Source: Myxococcota bacterium (GTDB lineage: Bacteria > Myxococcota_A > UBA796 > UBA2385). Taken from it: a stretch of 64,000 nucleotides of DNA. The DNA lies in NCBI GenBank assembly GCA_044344255.1, contig JBIJDH010000002.1:320001-384000 (forward strand), given 5' to 3'. The number at the start of each line of letters is the position of its first letter. Position 1 is the stretch's first letter. Below the pieces are notes generated by a model. It made no database searches. It was not told the origin of the DNA and worked only from the letters and a program-made list of their open reading frames with translations. Made by a program: the position numbers and the translations under genes. Positions 20,622 to 32,739 of this stretch are shown in pieces.

Positions 20622-21752
20622 TCAGAGCGAGAGGATGATCTCGTTGAGCAGGAGCTCCATGTCGTCGGTAGACTGAGCCTCGTTGTGGAAGCTCGTGTAG
20701 ATGGCGCTGCCCTCCTTGTCGAGGCGGACGGCGAGCGGCACGTTGTTGAGCTTCTCGGTGGTGATGTACCAGTCGTCGGCGAAGACGGTGGGGTCACCCT
20801 GGACGAGGATGTTGACGTCGGACTTCGTCGAGGTGGGCACGGCCCAGACGTCGAGGTTGTACTTGAGCTCGGCGGTGCTGCCGCCGAGGATGGCCTTCAT
20901 CGACTCGTCGATGACGTCGACCTTGAGGTCCCCGCTCACGCCCTTACGGGCGGAGTTGACGTCGGAGTCATTGCCGTAGAAGTCGACGGAGTCGGAGAAG
21001 GCGGCCTCGTAGAAGTAGAAGGCCCAGTCCGAGGCGTAGATGCTGCCCCCGCCGACGACGTACTCCTTGATGTTCGTGCCGATCTCGGACTTGTCGGAGC
21101 TGATCCAGCCGTCGGAGATGCCGCAGTTGAAGAAGATGATGTCGTACTCGGCCATGGCAGCGGGATCGGTGAGGAAGTCCACGTAGGCCGTGCCCGTCTT
21201 GCCGTTGATGGTGTCGTACTCGACGCCCATGTCGTTCAGGAAGGCTTGAATGCTGTCGTACTGACCCGTGATGACCGCGATCTTCACGTCTTCGGGCGAG
21301 AGGCACTCCTCCTCGGCCAGCTCGAGCACGCCCGGCTCGGTGAGGGTGACCTCGATGGTGGTGGAGAAGCTGCCCTTCTCGATGTGGATCGTCTGATCGC
21401 CGAGGGGGACGCCCTCGAGCAGGAAGTAGCCGTCGGCGTCGGTGACGGCCTCGATGCGACCGTCCATCTCGCCGTCACCGTCGGTGTCGACGCCCACCCA
21501 CGCCACCGCGCCCACCACCCAGGTGTCGCCGGTGAGGTCGCAGACGCGGCCCTTCACGCTGCCGGTCTCGGTGGTGCCCTCTCCGGTGTTCTCGCCGGTG
21601 CCTTCACCGTTCTCGTCGTCCTGCTCGTTCGCCGGGTTGCCGTCGGTGTTCTTCTTGATGTCGTAGTCTTGCGCGCAGCCCGCGGCGAAGGCGCCGAGGA
21701 GGCCGAGGGCCACGAGCGGGGAAGAGACGAGGCGGGAACCGGAAGATCGCAT
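20622..21752 (-). CDS. Acidic lipoprotein with carboxypeptidase-regulatory-like and GATase-like domains
   Basis: AGGAG SD, lipobox AAGC, TDADGYFLLEGVPLG, YDIIFFNCG...YVVGGGSIYASD. Confidence 0.75.
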   Translation of the reverse strand: MRSSGSRLVSSPLVALGLLGAFAAGCAQDYDIKKNTDGNPANEQDDENGEGTGENTGEGTTETGSVKGRVCDLTGDTWVVGAVAWVGVDTDGDGEMDGRIEAVTDADGYFLLEGVPLGDQTIHIEKGSFSTTIEVTLTEPGVLELAEEECLSPEDVKIAVITGQYDSIQAFLNDMGVEYDTINGKTGTAYVDFLTDPAAMAEYDIIFFNCGISDGWISSDKSEIGTNIKEYVVGGGSIYASDWAFYFYEAAFSDSVDFYGNDSDVNSARKGVSGDLKVDVIDESMKAILGGSTAELKYNLDVWAVPTSTKSDVNILVQGDPTVFADDWYITTEKLNNVPLAVRLDKEGSAIYTSFHNEAQSTDDMELLLNEIILSL

Positions 21753-21851
21753 GAGGACTCCTAGACCGCAGGCAAAGCTGGGTGCATGGCGCGGGCCAGC
21801 ATATCCCAAGCCGTGGCGTTCCACAAGCTGAAAGGGCCCGTCGTGGGCCGC

Positions 21852-23725
<1,874 letters not shown>

Positions 23726-23795
23726 GGCGGGGAGAGGAGCCTCCTAAGCGGGGTCCGGTGGCTTGCCGATTCGCGGCCCAAGGGCAGGGCCTGGC

Positions 23796-25958
23796 TCAGA
23801 ACTCGGCCCTCGCGCCGAGCAGCGGCACGAAGGCAGGGCCGACCACCCGCGCGCTCTCGCTGTAGTCGTAGCTGTAGACTTGGTAGAGCGTGTTGTTCGG
23901 CTTCGGCACGTACCAGGCCTCGGCGTAGAGGTTGAGGGTGGCTCGACGGAAGAGGAGGTCGCGGTCGAGGTGGAGGTCTATCTTCTGGTAATCGGGGAGG
24001 CGCTCCGAAAACGGGGCCCCCGCGATGGCGGTGTAGGTGTCCGAGTCGCCATTGTAACGGCCGCCCTCGATGGGCGTGATCGGTAGCCCGGCAGAGTATC
24101 GGTAGCGGAGGCCGACGTTCCATCGCTTCGCGAAATCGTAGGAGGCGACGAAGCTGGCGGCGTAGGGCTGATCGTAGGCGAAGGGGTGGTCGCCGCGGAC
24201 CGAGCGCCCGAGCGCGAGGGAGGCCCAAGAGAAGAAGCGCTCGCGCAGGCGATACCGGCTCGTGAGCTCGGCCCCCCAGGCGTGGCCGTCGACGGCGAAG
24301 GGGGCGCCGTCGGTGGGGGTCTCGACGGCGTCGGTGAGGAGGCGACCGTAGCCGTCCAGCGAGAGCTCCCAGCGACCGGCGACCGCGAGGTCGAGGCCGA
24401 GCGCGGCCTGCTCGGAGCGGCTGCGCCCGAGCTCGGGATCGCCGGTGACCGGCGAGAGGGCGTCGAGGGTGGGCGCCTGGCTGTAGTGGCCGATCGCGGC
24501 GCGCAGCGTGGTGTCCTCGCGGGCGGCCCAGCGGGCGCCCAGGCGGGGCTGCGGCGAGACCGTGGCGGTGGCGCTGTCGAGGTCGAGGCGGAGGCCAGGC
24601 TGGAGGCGGAGGGCGCCGAGGTCCCAGCGCGGCTCGGCCCAGAGGCCCCCTCGATAGCGGTCGAGCTGCTCGTCGACCGCGAGGCCGCGCACCAGCAGCG
24701 GCGCCTCGCGGTCGAGCTCTGGCCAGGCGCGGTCACGCGGATCGGCGAAGCGGGAGACCCAGCTCGCCTGGAGCTCGGCGCCCGCCCCGAGGGCGAAGTC
24801 GGCCCGGCGCAGGAGCACGAGCTCTTCGCGCAGGGTGGCCTCGATCGCCTGCCGCTCCTGGCGCGCCTCGCCCACCTTGCCCTGCCAGCGGTCGAGCACC
24901 AGGCCCACGGAGCTGTCGCGGGTGGAGCGGGCCCCCTGGGCCACATCGTGGAGCACGATGGCGTGGAAGCTTCGGGTGAAGGCGAACTCGGGGTTGTTCT
25001 CTTGCTCGACGGGGTCGAGCTTGGCGGTGTCGCCGGCGTAGCGGGTGTACTGATCACCTGCGCCGACCACCATCGCCGAGCGATGGTGGTCGAGGTCCGG
25101 CCGCTGGTCGAGGCGGGCGGTGTAGTCCCAGAAGGCGGGCCAGACGGTGTACTGGTCGTCGCTGTCGTTGACGAGGTCGAGGTAGGAGCGGCGGCCGGAG
25201 CCCGACACCACCCACTGGTCTGCGACCGGCACCTGAACGTAGCCGCCCCCCATGATGAAGTTGAGGTTGGCGCCGCCGTGCACCTTCACGGGCTCGGGGG
25301 CGCGGCTCTTCACCGTGACCACCCCGCCGATCGTGTCGCCGAAGGCGGCGCCGAAGGTGGACGGGTAGACCGCCAGCTCGTCGAGCATCCGCGTGTGGAT
25401 GACGCTCGCGTACTGCTGGAAGTGGTACAGGTAGGGGATCTCGATGCCATCGAGGTAGACGCGGCTCTCGCCCGGCGCCGCGCCGCGCATCGCGAGGTCG
25501 CCGGCGGTGGGGGAGTACTCCGGCGTCATCGTCACGCCCGGCAGGGCCTGGATGAGGCGGATGGGGTCGTCGTGGGTGCCGGGGGTCTTCTCGACCCGCT
25601 CGCGATCGAGCACCTGCGCCACGACGTGCGGCGTGTCTCGGCGGGCCTCGACCACGATCTCCGTCCCCGGCGGCGCGGGGAGCAGGAAGATCACGAGGCC
25701 CTCGGCGGAGGGGGTGGGGAGGGGAAGGGAGCCCGGCTCGCAGCAGGCGGCGAAGACCTCGAGGGTGACGGGCCCCCCGCTGAGCTCGATGCGGAAGCGG
25801 CCGTCCGGCGTCGTGACCACCTCGCGGCCCTCAGCCTGGACCACCGCGCCGGCGATCGGATCGCCGTTGCCGCGGAGGCGGACCACGCCCTCCTGGGTGG
25901 CGGCGGCGGCCTCGCTGACAAGGAGCTCGACGACCAGCGGGAGGAGCAGCGGGCTCAC
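23796..25958 (-). CDS. TonB-dependent receptor
   Basis: Signal peptide, N-terminal CarboxypepD-like domain, plug PGTHDDPIRLIQALPGV, YLDGIEIP, C-terminal F. Confidence 0.9.
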   Translation of the reverse strand: MSPLLLPLVVELLVSEAAAATQEGVVRLRGNGDPIAGAVVQAEGREVVTTPDGRFRIELSGGPVTLEVFAACCEPGSLPLPTPSAEGLVIFLLPAPPGTEIVVEARRDTPHVVAQVLDRERVEKTPGTHDDPIRLIQALPGVTMTPEYSPTAGDLAMRGAAPGESRVYLDGIEIPYLYHFQQYASVIHTRMLDELAVYPSTFGAAFGDTIGGVVTVKSRAPEPVKVHGGANLNFIMGGGYVQVPVADQWVVSGSGRRSYLDLVNDSDDQYTVWPAFWDYTARLDQRPDLDHHRSAMVVGAGDQYTRYAGDTAKLDPVEQENNPEFAFTRSFHAIVLHDVAQGARSTRDSSVGLVLDRWQGKVGEARQERQAIEATLREELVLLRRADFALGAGAELQASWVSRFADPRDRAWPELDREAPLLVRGLAVDEQLDRYRGGLWAEPRWDLGALRLQPGLRLDLDSATATVSPQPRLGARWAAREDTTLRAAIGHYSQAPTLDALSPVTGDPELGRSRSEQAALGLDLAVAGRWELSLDGYGRLLTDAVETPTDGAPFAVDGHAWGAELTSRYRLRERFFSWASLALGRSVRGDHPFAYDQPYAASFVASYDFAKRWNVGLRYRYSAGLPITPIEGGRYNGDSDTYTAIAGAPFSERLPDYQKIDLHLDRDLLFRRATLNLYAEAWYVPKPNNTLYQVYSYDYSESARVVGPAFVPLLGARAEF

Positions 25959-26899
25959 CGGATCACCACGCGCCGACCGAGCACCTCGTCGCGGGTGCAG
26001 CGGCCCTCGATGATCCAGTCGAGCTGAAAGTCTGCGCCGGGGAGCCCGCAGGCGAGGGGCTCGCCTTGATCTTGGGGGTCGGACACCGCTTCGGGATCGG
26101 CGAAGCCCAGGCCGTAGATGTCGTCGGCCAGGACGAGCGTGACCCGCAGGGCCTCACAGCAGCCAGCCTCCGCGCCGTCCGGGGCGGGGAGGAGCCGCTC
26201 TTGCAGGCGCACGAGGCCGGGGTCCTCTCCGAAGGCGACGTCGAACCACCGCCAGGCGTTGCCGCCCTCCCCATCGACCTGCAGGCTGAGGAGGAGGAAG
26301 CGGCCGAGGCCGGCGTCCTCTCGCTCCACGACCGCCGCTCCGTCGAAGGTGAGCTCCTCATCGAGCAGATCGACGGTCTGCTCGTCGAGCTCGAGCAGGG
26401 TGCCGAGGCCGCCGGCGCTCATCCAGCGCAGCGTGCCGTCTGGCGCGGCGCCGTCGGAGGGCTGGGCGCGGAGGCGGGCGTCGAGGCCGGCGGGGACCAC
26501 CGCCTCCACGTCGACCGCCTCAAGCGCGGCGCGGGTGGCGACGGAGACGTCGGCGCCGATGTCGACGGCCGAGCGGGAGACCACGAGCGAGCTTGGGGCC
26601 GCGGCGGCGGGCAGGTGGACCGACCCCTCCAGGGTCTCGCCGCCCACGGTCGCGCGCAGCTCGAGCAGGGCGCCGGGCTCGTCGGGCACGGCGACGTCGT
26701 AGCCCTCGCCGATCGGCGCGCCGTCGAGGCTCCAGGCGAGGGAGGGGCGCTCGTCGTGCCAGCCGCCGAGCCCGCTCCAGAGGGCGGCCCGCGCCGCGCC
26801 GTCCCGGACGCCCATCGCGGCGATCCGCGGCGGGCCGAGATCGTGGCGGTTCACGTCAAAGGGGGCCTGGCAGGCCATGAGCGTGAGGAGGAGGAGCAT
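25955..26899 (-). CDS. Hypothetical lipoprotein upstream of the TonB receptor
   Basis: MLLLLTLMAC lipobox; stop overlaps the receptor start (GTGA). Confidence 0.75.
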   Translation of the reverse strand: MLLLLTLMACQAPFDVNRHDLGPPRIAAMGVRDGAARAALWSGLGGWHDERPSLAWSLDGAPIGEGYDVAVPDEPGALLELRATVGGETLEGSVHLPAAAAPSSLVVSRSAVDIGADVSVATRAALEAVDVEAVVPAGLDARLRAQPSDGAAPDGTLRWMSAGGLGTLLELDEQTVDLLDEELTFDGAAVVEREDAGLGRFLLLSLQVDGEGGNAWRWFDVAFGEDPGLVRLQERLLPAPDGAEAGCCEALRVTLVLADDIYGLGFADPEAVSDPQDQGEPLACGLPGADFQLDWIIEGRCTRDEVLGRRVVIR

Positions 26900-27633
26900 C
26901 AATCGCCCAACCAGCTCGCCACCAGGGCGGGCAGCGCGACCTCGGCGCCTTGGGCGATGAGATCGTCGAAGGTGGGGGAGCCTGAGGGCACCGGGTTGAT
27001 CTCGACGCAGCGGGCCCCGCGGCGGCGGGCCTCCCGGGCGAAGCCGGCGGCGGGGTAGACGACCCCGGAGGTGCCCACCGAGACGAAGACGGAGCAGCGG
27101 CTGAGCCCCACCGCGATGTCGCCCATGCGCAGCGGCACCTCCCCGAACCAGACGATGGCGGGCCGGGCGCGGGCGCCGCAGTCCGGGCACTGGCACTGGG
27201 CGGTGGAGCCCTCGGGGGCGGGGAGCCAGGCGTGGTCTGCGTCGCGCTCGCAGCGCAGCCACTCGAGGCTGCCGTGCATCTCGATCACCTCGACGGGCAG
27301 GCCCTCCTCGGCCGCCGCTCGCTGCAAGAGCCCATCGACGTTCTGCGTGACGAGCCGCACCCGCGCTGGCCCCCAGGCGGCCTGCAGGCGCACGAGGGCG
27401 CGGTGGCCGGGGTTGGGCAGGGCGGCGCGGGCCCTCTCCCGACGCCAATCGTAGAAGCGCTGCACGCGGTCGGGGTCCTCCCTCCAGGCCTCGGGCGTGG
27501 CCAACTCCTGGGGCTCGAAGCCCTCCCAGAGGCCGCCTGGATCGCGGAAGGTGGGGATCCCCGAGGCCGCGGACAGGCCCGCCCCGCTGAGCAGGACGAC
27601 GGTGGAGTCAGGTGCGGGGGGGGCGGGGAGCAT
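26899..27633 (-). CDS. cobB: NAD-dependent deacylase (class III sirtuin)
   Basis: GAGLS..SGIPTFR, FYDWRR (Y/R succinyl pocket), TQNVDGL, HGS, RPAIVWFGE, GTSG.VYPAA. Confidence 0.93.
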   Translation of the reverse strand: MLPAPPAPDSTVVLLSGAGLSAASGIPTFRDPGGLWEGFEPQELATPEAWREDPDRVQRFYDWRRERARAALPNPGHRALVRLQAAWGPARVRLVTQNVDGLLQRAAAEEGLPVEVIEMHGSLEWLRCERDADHAWLPAPEGSTAQCQCPDCGARARPAIVWFGEVPLRMGDIAVGLSRCSVFVSVGTSGVVYPAAGFAREARRRGARCVEINPVPSGSPTFDDLIAQGAEVALPALVASWLGD

Positions 27634-27763
27634 CGGTCTCCGAGGGCGCGGCTAACCCGAAGGGGCGCGCGGGACAGTCCGCGGGCCCCGGCGGGCGGCT
27701 TGGCCCCGCCGAACCAGACGACGACCCGCCGGGCGCAGGCGCCGCGCCTGGATAGTCGAGCCC

Positions 27764-29398
27764 ATGGACCCCGCTCCGCCGATCCCGCCGCCTCCGCCCG
27801 ACCGAGGGCCCGGCGCGGCGGCGCCCGGCGGGCTGCCGGCGCTGCTCGGCCTCGCGCTGGGCGCGCTGGTGGTGGCCCTCTCCTGGCCGATGGCGGCGGA
27901 CCCCGGGCGCATGGTGGTGGGCTCCACGTGGAATGACGCCTGCGGCATCATCTGGGGGCTCGACCACGTCGCGCGTCAGGCGACCGAGGGCGCGCTCTCG
28001 TTACACACCGACCGCATGCTCGCCCCCGCGGGGGCCACGGTGCTGGTGGCCGACCTCCCCGAGAGCCTCGCGCTCGCGCCGATCACCCGGCGCTTCGGGC
28101 CGGTGGTCAGCTTCAACCTGCTCCAGGTGCTCCACGTCGGGCTCGCCGGCTGGGCGGCGGCCTGGGCCGCGCGGCGGCTGGGCGAGGGGGCCGCCGGGCA
28201 GGCCCTCGCTGCCGCCGCCTTCGCCCTGTCCCCTGCGCTGCTGTCCTCGGTGGCCAACCAGAACCCGGACGTGACCGCCTGGTGGCCGGTGCCGCTGGTG
28301 CTGGCGCTGGCGCGGGACGCTCGCCTCCCGGGGGAGGCCCTGCGCGTCGGGCTCCTCGCCGGCTTCGCGGCGCTGCTCAACCCCTATGGCGGGGTGATGG
28401 CGGCCCTCTGCCTGCTGCTCCTGCCCCTCTCCCGGCCCGGCCTCGCGGCCCGGCTCTCCGCGGCGGGGCTCGGCCTCGGGCTCCTCGGCGGGGGCGCGGC
28501 GGGGCTGATGGCCTGGGCCACCGCCGCTCCAGACTCCGCGACGGGCAAGATCGGCCGCACCAGCGCCCACGGGGTGGCCACCCTCCTCGACCTCGTCCGG
28601 CCCTGGCCGCGGATCATGACCACCTCCACCGACGCAGCAGGAGACGCCACCTCGGTGGTGGTGCACGGCGCCTGGCTCGGCGGCGTGCTGCTGCTGGCCG
28701 GCCTCTGGGGGCTCCGCCGCGATCGCCGGTCCCTCCTCGTCGGCGCGCTCGGGCTGCTCTTCGCCCTCGGGCCCGTGGTGCACGTGTCTCCGGAGCGGGG
28801 CCTGTTCATGAGCCCCTTCCAGCTCGTCGAGGCCCACAGCGGCCTTGACCGGCTCCACCTCAACCACCGCTACACCGCGCTGGCGGCGCTCCTGCTCGGC
28901 CTCGGGGCCGCGAGGGGCGCCACCCGGCTCGGGCGGGGCGGCTGGCTCCTCTGCGCCGCAGTGGTCGCCGAGCTGCTGGTCGGCGGGCGCGCCGGGGCCC
29001 TGCTCCGCCCGGTCGCCCTGGAGGACGACGGCGCCGTCAACCTCCTCGCCGATTCACCGCCGGGCGCGGTCTTCGATCTCCCCGCGAGCCTCGACGAGGC
29101 CTGGCTCTGCGCCGCGGCGGCGCATGGCCGGCCGGTCGCCCAGGGCCTCAACCGCCCGGCCCCTGACAACGTGGTCGCCGCCCTGGAGGACGCCGATCCG
29201 GTCGAGCGGGCGGGGATCCTCGCTCGGGCCGGGTACCGGCTGCTGGTGCTCCACCCCCACGCCCGGCGGCGCGACGGGCTCGACCTCGTCGTCGACACGG
29301 CCGGCTGCTCCACCCGCAGCGGCGCCCGGGGCGCGCGCGTGGTCGACCTCTCGACCTGCCCGAGTGGCCCCAGCTCCGGAGGCGGCTCGTCGCCGTGA
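27764..29398 (+). CDS. Multi-pass membrane protein, GT-C glycosyltransferase-like
   Basis: About 12 hydrophobic segments, acidic first loop (WNDACG), ALGP motif, C-terminal GAVFDLP...HGRPV soluble domain. Confidence 0.65.
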   Translation: MDPAPPIPPPPPDRGPGAAAPGGLPALLGLALGALVVALSWPMAADPGRMVVGSTWNDACGIIWGLDHVARQATEGALSLHTDRMLAPAGATVLVADLPESLALAPITRRFGPVVSFNLLQVLHVGLAGWAAAWAARRLGEGAAGQALAAAAFALSPALLSSVANQNPDVTAWWPVPLVLALARDARLPGEALRVGLLAGFAALLNPYGGVMAALCLLLLPLSRPGLAARLSAAGLGLGLLGGGAAGLMAWATAAPDSATGKIGRTSAHGVATLLDLVRPWPRIMTTSTDAAGDATSVVVHGAWLGGVLLLAGLWGLRRDRRSLLVGALGLLFALGPVVHVSPERGLFMSPFQLVEAHSGLDRLHLNHRYTALAALLLGLGAARGATRLGRGGWLLCAAVVAELLVGGRAGALLRPVALEDDGAVNLLADSPPGAVFDLPASLDEAWLCAAAAHGRPVAQGLNRPAPDNVVAALEDADPVERAGILARAGYRLLVLHPHARRRDGLDLVVDTAGCSTRSGARGARVVDLSTCPSGPSSGGGSSP

Positions 29399-29469
29399 TC
29401 GCGCCGCCGCCGTGCGATCGGGCGGATGGCGCCTTGCCCGCGTCCCGTCGGCGGAGGTAGCTTCGCGCC

Positions 29470-32088
29470 ATGGGTCCCAGCCGAGCGCGCTCGTCCTTCC
29501 TGTTCTCCGACTTCATCCGCCGCCACGCCCTCGGCCCCGACGCCGAGGCCGAGCTGGAGCGGCTGTTCGACGAGGCGCCGGTCACCCCTGTCCGGACCTC
29601 CGAGACCCTCGACTTCGACGCCGAGCCCACTGCGTCTCGAAAGGAGGAGTCTCGAAAGGAGGAGTCTCGAAAGGAGGAGTCGCGGAGGGAGGAGCCCCGA
29701 AGGGGGGAGGGCGGCCTGCGATACGTCGATCTCGAGGCCATCGCCGTCGGCGGGACGGCTGAGGTCCGCAGGGTCCACGACCGCAGCATGGACCGCGCGG
29801 TGGCGATGAAGGTGCTGCTGCCCTCGTTGGCGGAGCGGCCGGGCATCGTGCAGCGCTTCCTCTCGGAGGCCCGTGTCGCCGGGCGCCTCGACCACCCCGG
29901 CATCGTGCCGGTCCACGACGTCGGCGAGACCGCGGAGGGGCGGCCCTTCTTCACGATGCGGGAGGTGAAGGGGCGCACCCTCGGTGATCTGATCGTCCAG
30001 CTCCATGAGGCCTCGCCGCCCGAGCGCTGGGGCGAGACCGCGGATGGGTGGACCCTCCCTCGCCTCGTAGACGCCTGGCGGCGTGTCTGCGAGGCCCTCG
30101 CTTACGCCCACGCCCAGGGCGTCGTCCACCGCGACCTCAAGCCCGAGAACATCATGGTGGGGCCCTATGGTGAGGCCCTGGTGATGGACTGGGGGCTCGC
30201 GCGGGTGGGCTCCGGAGGGGGGCGGCGGGCCGAGCAGGTCATCGCCGGCACCCCGATGTTCATGGCCCCGGAGCAGGCGCGCGGGGGCTTCAACACGCTC
30301 GACGCCCGCTCGGATGTGTACGCGCTCGGCATCCTCCTGTACGCGATCCTCTATGGCCGCCCTCCCTTCCCCTCCGAGCTCTCCGTCCCGGAGCTGCTCC
30401 TTCGAGCGGGGGAGGGGATCGGCCCGCCGCCGCGCTCTCTCCGTCCCCTCCCCGACGAGCTGGTGGAGCTCTGGCGGGAGGCCACCGCCCTCGAGCCCGC
30501 CGATCGTCCCGCCGACGCCGGCGCCTTGGCCTCGCGGGTGCGGGCCTGGCAGGAGGGGGCGCGGCGCCGGGACCGGGCCGCTGGGCTGGTGGAGCGCGCC
30601 GCGGGCGCCCTCGACAGCGCCGACCGGTGTCGTGCCGAAGCCCAGGCGGCGCGCTCTGCGGCCCTCCAACGGGCGCGCGCGGTGCAGCCCTGGTCACCCC
30701 TCTCGGAGAAGCGCGCGGTCTGGGAGGCCGAAGACGCCGCCACCGCGGCCGAGGTGCGGGCGGAGATTGAGGAGGTGACCGGCGTCGAGCTCCTCCGGGC
30801 CGCTCTGACCGAAGACCCCACCCTCCCCGAGGCCCGCGCCGCCCTGGCCGACCGCTACCAGGCTCGCCACGCCGACGCCGAGCGCCGCCGGGACTCCACC
30901 GGAGCCGCCCGCTGGGAGGCCCTGCTGCGCGCTGTGGATGACGGGCGCCACGCCGCCTGGCTGAAGGGGGAGGGGCGACTGAGCCTCGTCAGCCAGCCGC
31001 GGGCGCGGGTGCGGGCCCTGCTCTACCGGCTGGTCGTTGAAGATCGGCGCCTCGTCGAGCGCTTCGAGGCTGACCTGGGGCGAGGCCCCTTGCGGGCCAT
31101 GACCATCCCTCACGGCTCGTGGCTGATCGAGCTGCACGCGCCGGGCTACGCGCCGACGCGGTACCCGGTCTTCATCGAGCGCGGGGGCGAGTGGTCCGGG
31201 GTGCCGCCGGGCGGGGGCGAGGTCGCCCCGGTCCCCTTGGTGCCGGAGGCCGAGCTCGGTCGGGACGGCGTCTATGTGCCGGCCGGCTGGGCGGTGGTGG
31301 GGGGAGACTCGAGCTGGTCCGCCTCGGGGAGCCGGCAGCTGGTCTGGATCGAGGGCTTCATCTGCGAGCGGCACCCGGTCACCAACGCGCGCTTCATGGC
31401 CTTCCTCGATGCGCTGGTCGCGAGCGGCGCGGGGGAGCAGGCCGACCGCTTCGCCCCCCGTTGGCAGACGACGGCCGGGGAGACGCCCGCCTCGGTCTAT
31501 GGCCTCGGCTCAGACGGGCGGCACTGCCTCCGCCCCGACGCCGACGGTGACACCTGGGAGCCAGACTGGCCCGTCTTCCTCATCGAGCGCGCGGCGGCCG
31601 AGGCCTTCGCCGCCTGGGAGGCCGCCCGCACGGGCCGCCCTTGGCGCCTGCCCTTCGAGCTCGAGTGGGAGAAGGCGGCCCGCGGAGTAGACGGCCGCAC
31701 CTTCCCCTGGGGGGACACCCTCGACCCGGCTTGGGCGTGTGTGCGTGGCGGTTCGCGTGGGCGGGTGCTGCCGGCCGCGATCACCGCCCACCCGGAGGAC
31801 GAGAGCGTCTACGGCGTGCGCGGCATGGGCGGCAACGTGCAGGACTGGTGCCAGGACGCCTGGTCCCCCGGGGGCCCTGCGGTGGAGGAGGGTCGCCCCG
31901 TGTATCGCCGCGCCGCCTCGGGCGAGGTGACCGTGCGGGGCGGTGCTTGGAACTTCCCAGGGGACGTCGCCTCGACCGCGTTCCGCACCGGCCGGATGGT
32001 GGGCCACCGTCGAGAGAGCCTGGGCTTCCGGTTGTTCCGCTCCTGGCCGGAGCGGTCAGGGGCCCCGGAGGACCCTCTTCGCTGTTGA
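29470..32088 (+). CDS. Ser/Thr protein kinase fused to an FGE/SUMF1-like domain
   Basis: VAMK, HPGIV, HRDLKPEN, DWG, GTPMFMAPE; C-terminal PVTN, RLPFELEWEKAARG, MGGNVQDWC, RGGAW, GFRL. Confidence 0.92.
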   Translation: MGPSRARSSFLFSDFIRRHALGPDAEAELERLFDEAPVTPVRTSETLDFDAEPTASRKEESRKEESRKEESRREEPRRGEGGLRYVDLEAIAVGGTAEVRRVHDRSMDRAVAMKVLLPSLAERPGIVQRFLSEARVAGRLDHPGIVPVHDVGETAEGRPFFTMREVKGRTLGDLIVQLHEASPPERWGETADGWTLPRLVDAWRRVCEALAYAHAQGVVHRDLKPENIMVGPYGEALVMDWGLARVGSGGGRRAEQVIAGTPMFMAPEQARGGFNTLDARSDVYALGILLYAILYGRPPFPSELSVPELLLRAGEGIGPPPRSLRPLPDELVELWREATALEPADRPADAGALASRVRAWQEGARRRDRAAGLVERAAGALDSADRCRAEAQAARSAALQRARAVQPWSPLSEKRAVWEAEDAATAAEVRAEIEEVTGVELLRAALTEDPTLPEARAALADRYQARHADAERRRDSTGAARWEALLRAVDDGRHAAWLKGEGRLSLVSQPRARVRALLYRLVVEDRRLVERFEADLGRGPLRAMTIPHGSWLIELHAPGYAPTRYPVFIERGGEWSGVPPGGGEVAPVPLVPEAELGRDGVYVPAGWAVVGGDSSWSASGSRQLVWIEGFICERHPVTNARFMAFLDALVASGAGEQADRFAPRWQTTAGETPASVYGLGSDGRHCLRPDADGDTWEPDWPVFLIERAAAEAFAAWEAARTGRPWRLPFELEWEKAARGVDGRTFPWGDTLDPAWACVRGGSRGRVLPAAITAHPEDESVYGVRGMGGNVQDWCQDAWSPGGPAVEEGRPVYRRAASGEVTVRGGAWNFPGDVASTAFRTGRMVGHRRESLGFRLFRSWPERSGAPEDPLRC
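29634..29708 (+). repeat. 15-bp tandem repeat GTCTCGAAAGGAGGA (3 exact + 2 degenerate), encoding SRKEE
   Basis: Read directly from the sequence. Confidence 0.95.
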
Positions 32089-32142
32089 CAGCTCGGCGAC
32101 GCGCGGCACCATAGATGGGGCACCCACGGACAGGGAGCGCGC

Positions 32143-32706
32143 GTGTATCGATCAGGACTCACCCTCGACGGGCCCGGGCGGCGTCTGCTCGAGGGGCTGC
32201 TCTTCGGGGCGCTCACCCTTGAGGGCGTCGGCTGCGTCGGCATGGGCCGGCTCGACACCGACGCGCCCTACCCCGAGAGCACCAACGTGGAGCTGGGCGA
32301 CGACGGGGGCGGTCCGGGGGATGGGGCCGATGGAGGCGCAGACGAAGGGGGAGGTGACAGCGCTGGGGACTCCGGCGCGGTCGGCGAATCCGTCATGGAC
32401 CTCGACGTCGACGTCGACGCCGTCTGCGGGGAGGCGACCGAGCCGGCGCTCGCCTGCGCTTGGGACGGCGCGGCCTTACGCTGCGAGCAGGTGGGCGTCG
32501 AGGCCCTCGCCTGCGGCACCTGGAGCGCGGAGGCCTCCATCTCCACCGACGCGGGCACCATCGCGGTCACCTATGAGCAGAGCGTCAGCGACACCGGCTG
32601 TGACTCCGTCTGTGACTGGACCTTGCAGTGGGCGATCAACGAGCTCGCCCAACAGCCCTGGACGGTGAGCGCGGGCGGCCTCGAGACCACGGTCGCCGCC
32701 CCCTGA
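32143..32706 (+). CDS. Hypothetical Cys-rich lipoprotein
   Basis: GVGC lipobox, Gly/Asp linker, small Cys-rich beta domain; start uncertain. Confidence 0.7.
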   Translation: MYRSGLTLDGPGRRLLEGLLFGALTLEGVGCVGMGRLDTDAPYPESTNVELGDDGGGPGDGADGGADEGGGDSAGDSGAVGESVMDLDVDVDAVCGEATEPALACAWDGAALRCEQVGVEALACGTWSAEASISTDAGTIAVTYEQSVSDTGCDSVCDWTLQWAINELAQQPWTVSAGGLETTVAAP

Positions 32707-32739
32707 TCGATGCCCGTCGGGGATCGCGGCGCGGCGCGC

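Noticed and set aside
26899..27633. Sirtuin as an anti-phage SIR2 NADase
   Set aside because: Canonical short CobB with Zn ribbon and FY..RR motif; no defence partners.
31900..32088. FGE/CLec C-terminus as a diversity-generating retroelement target
   Set aside because: No template repeat and no reverse transcriptase seen in the window.
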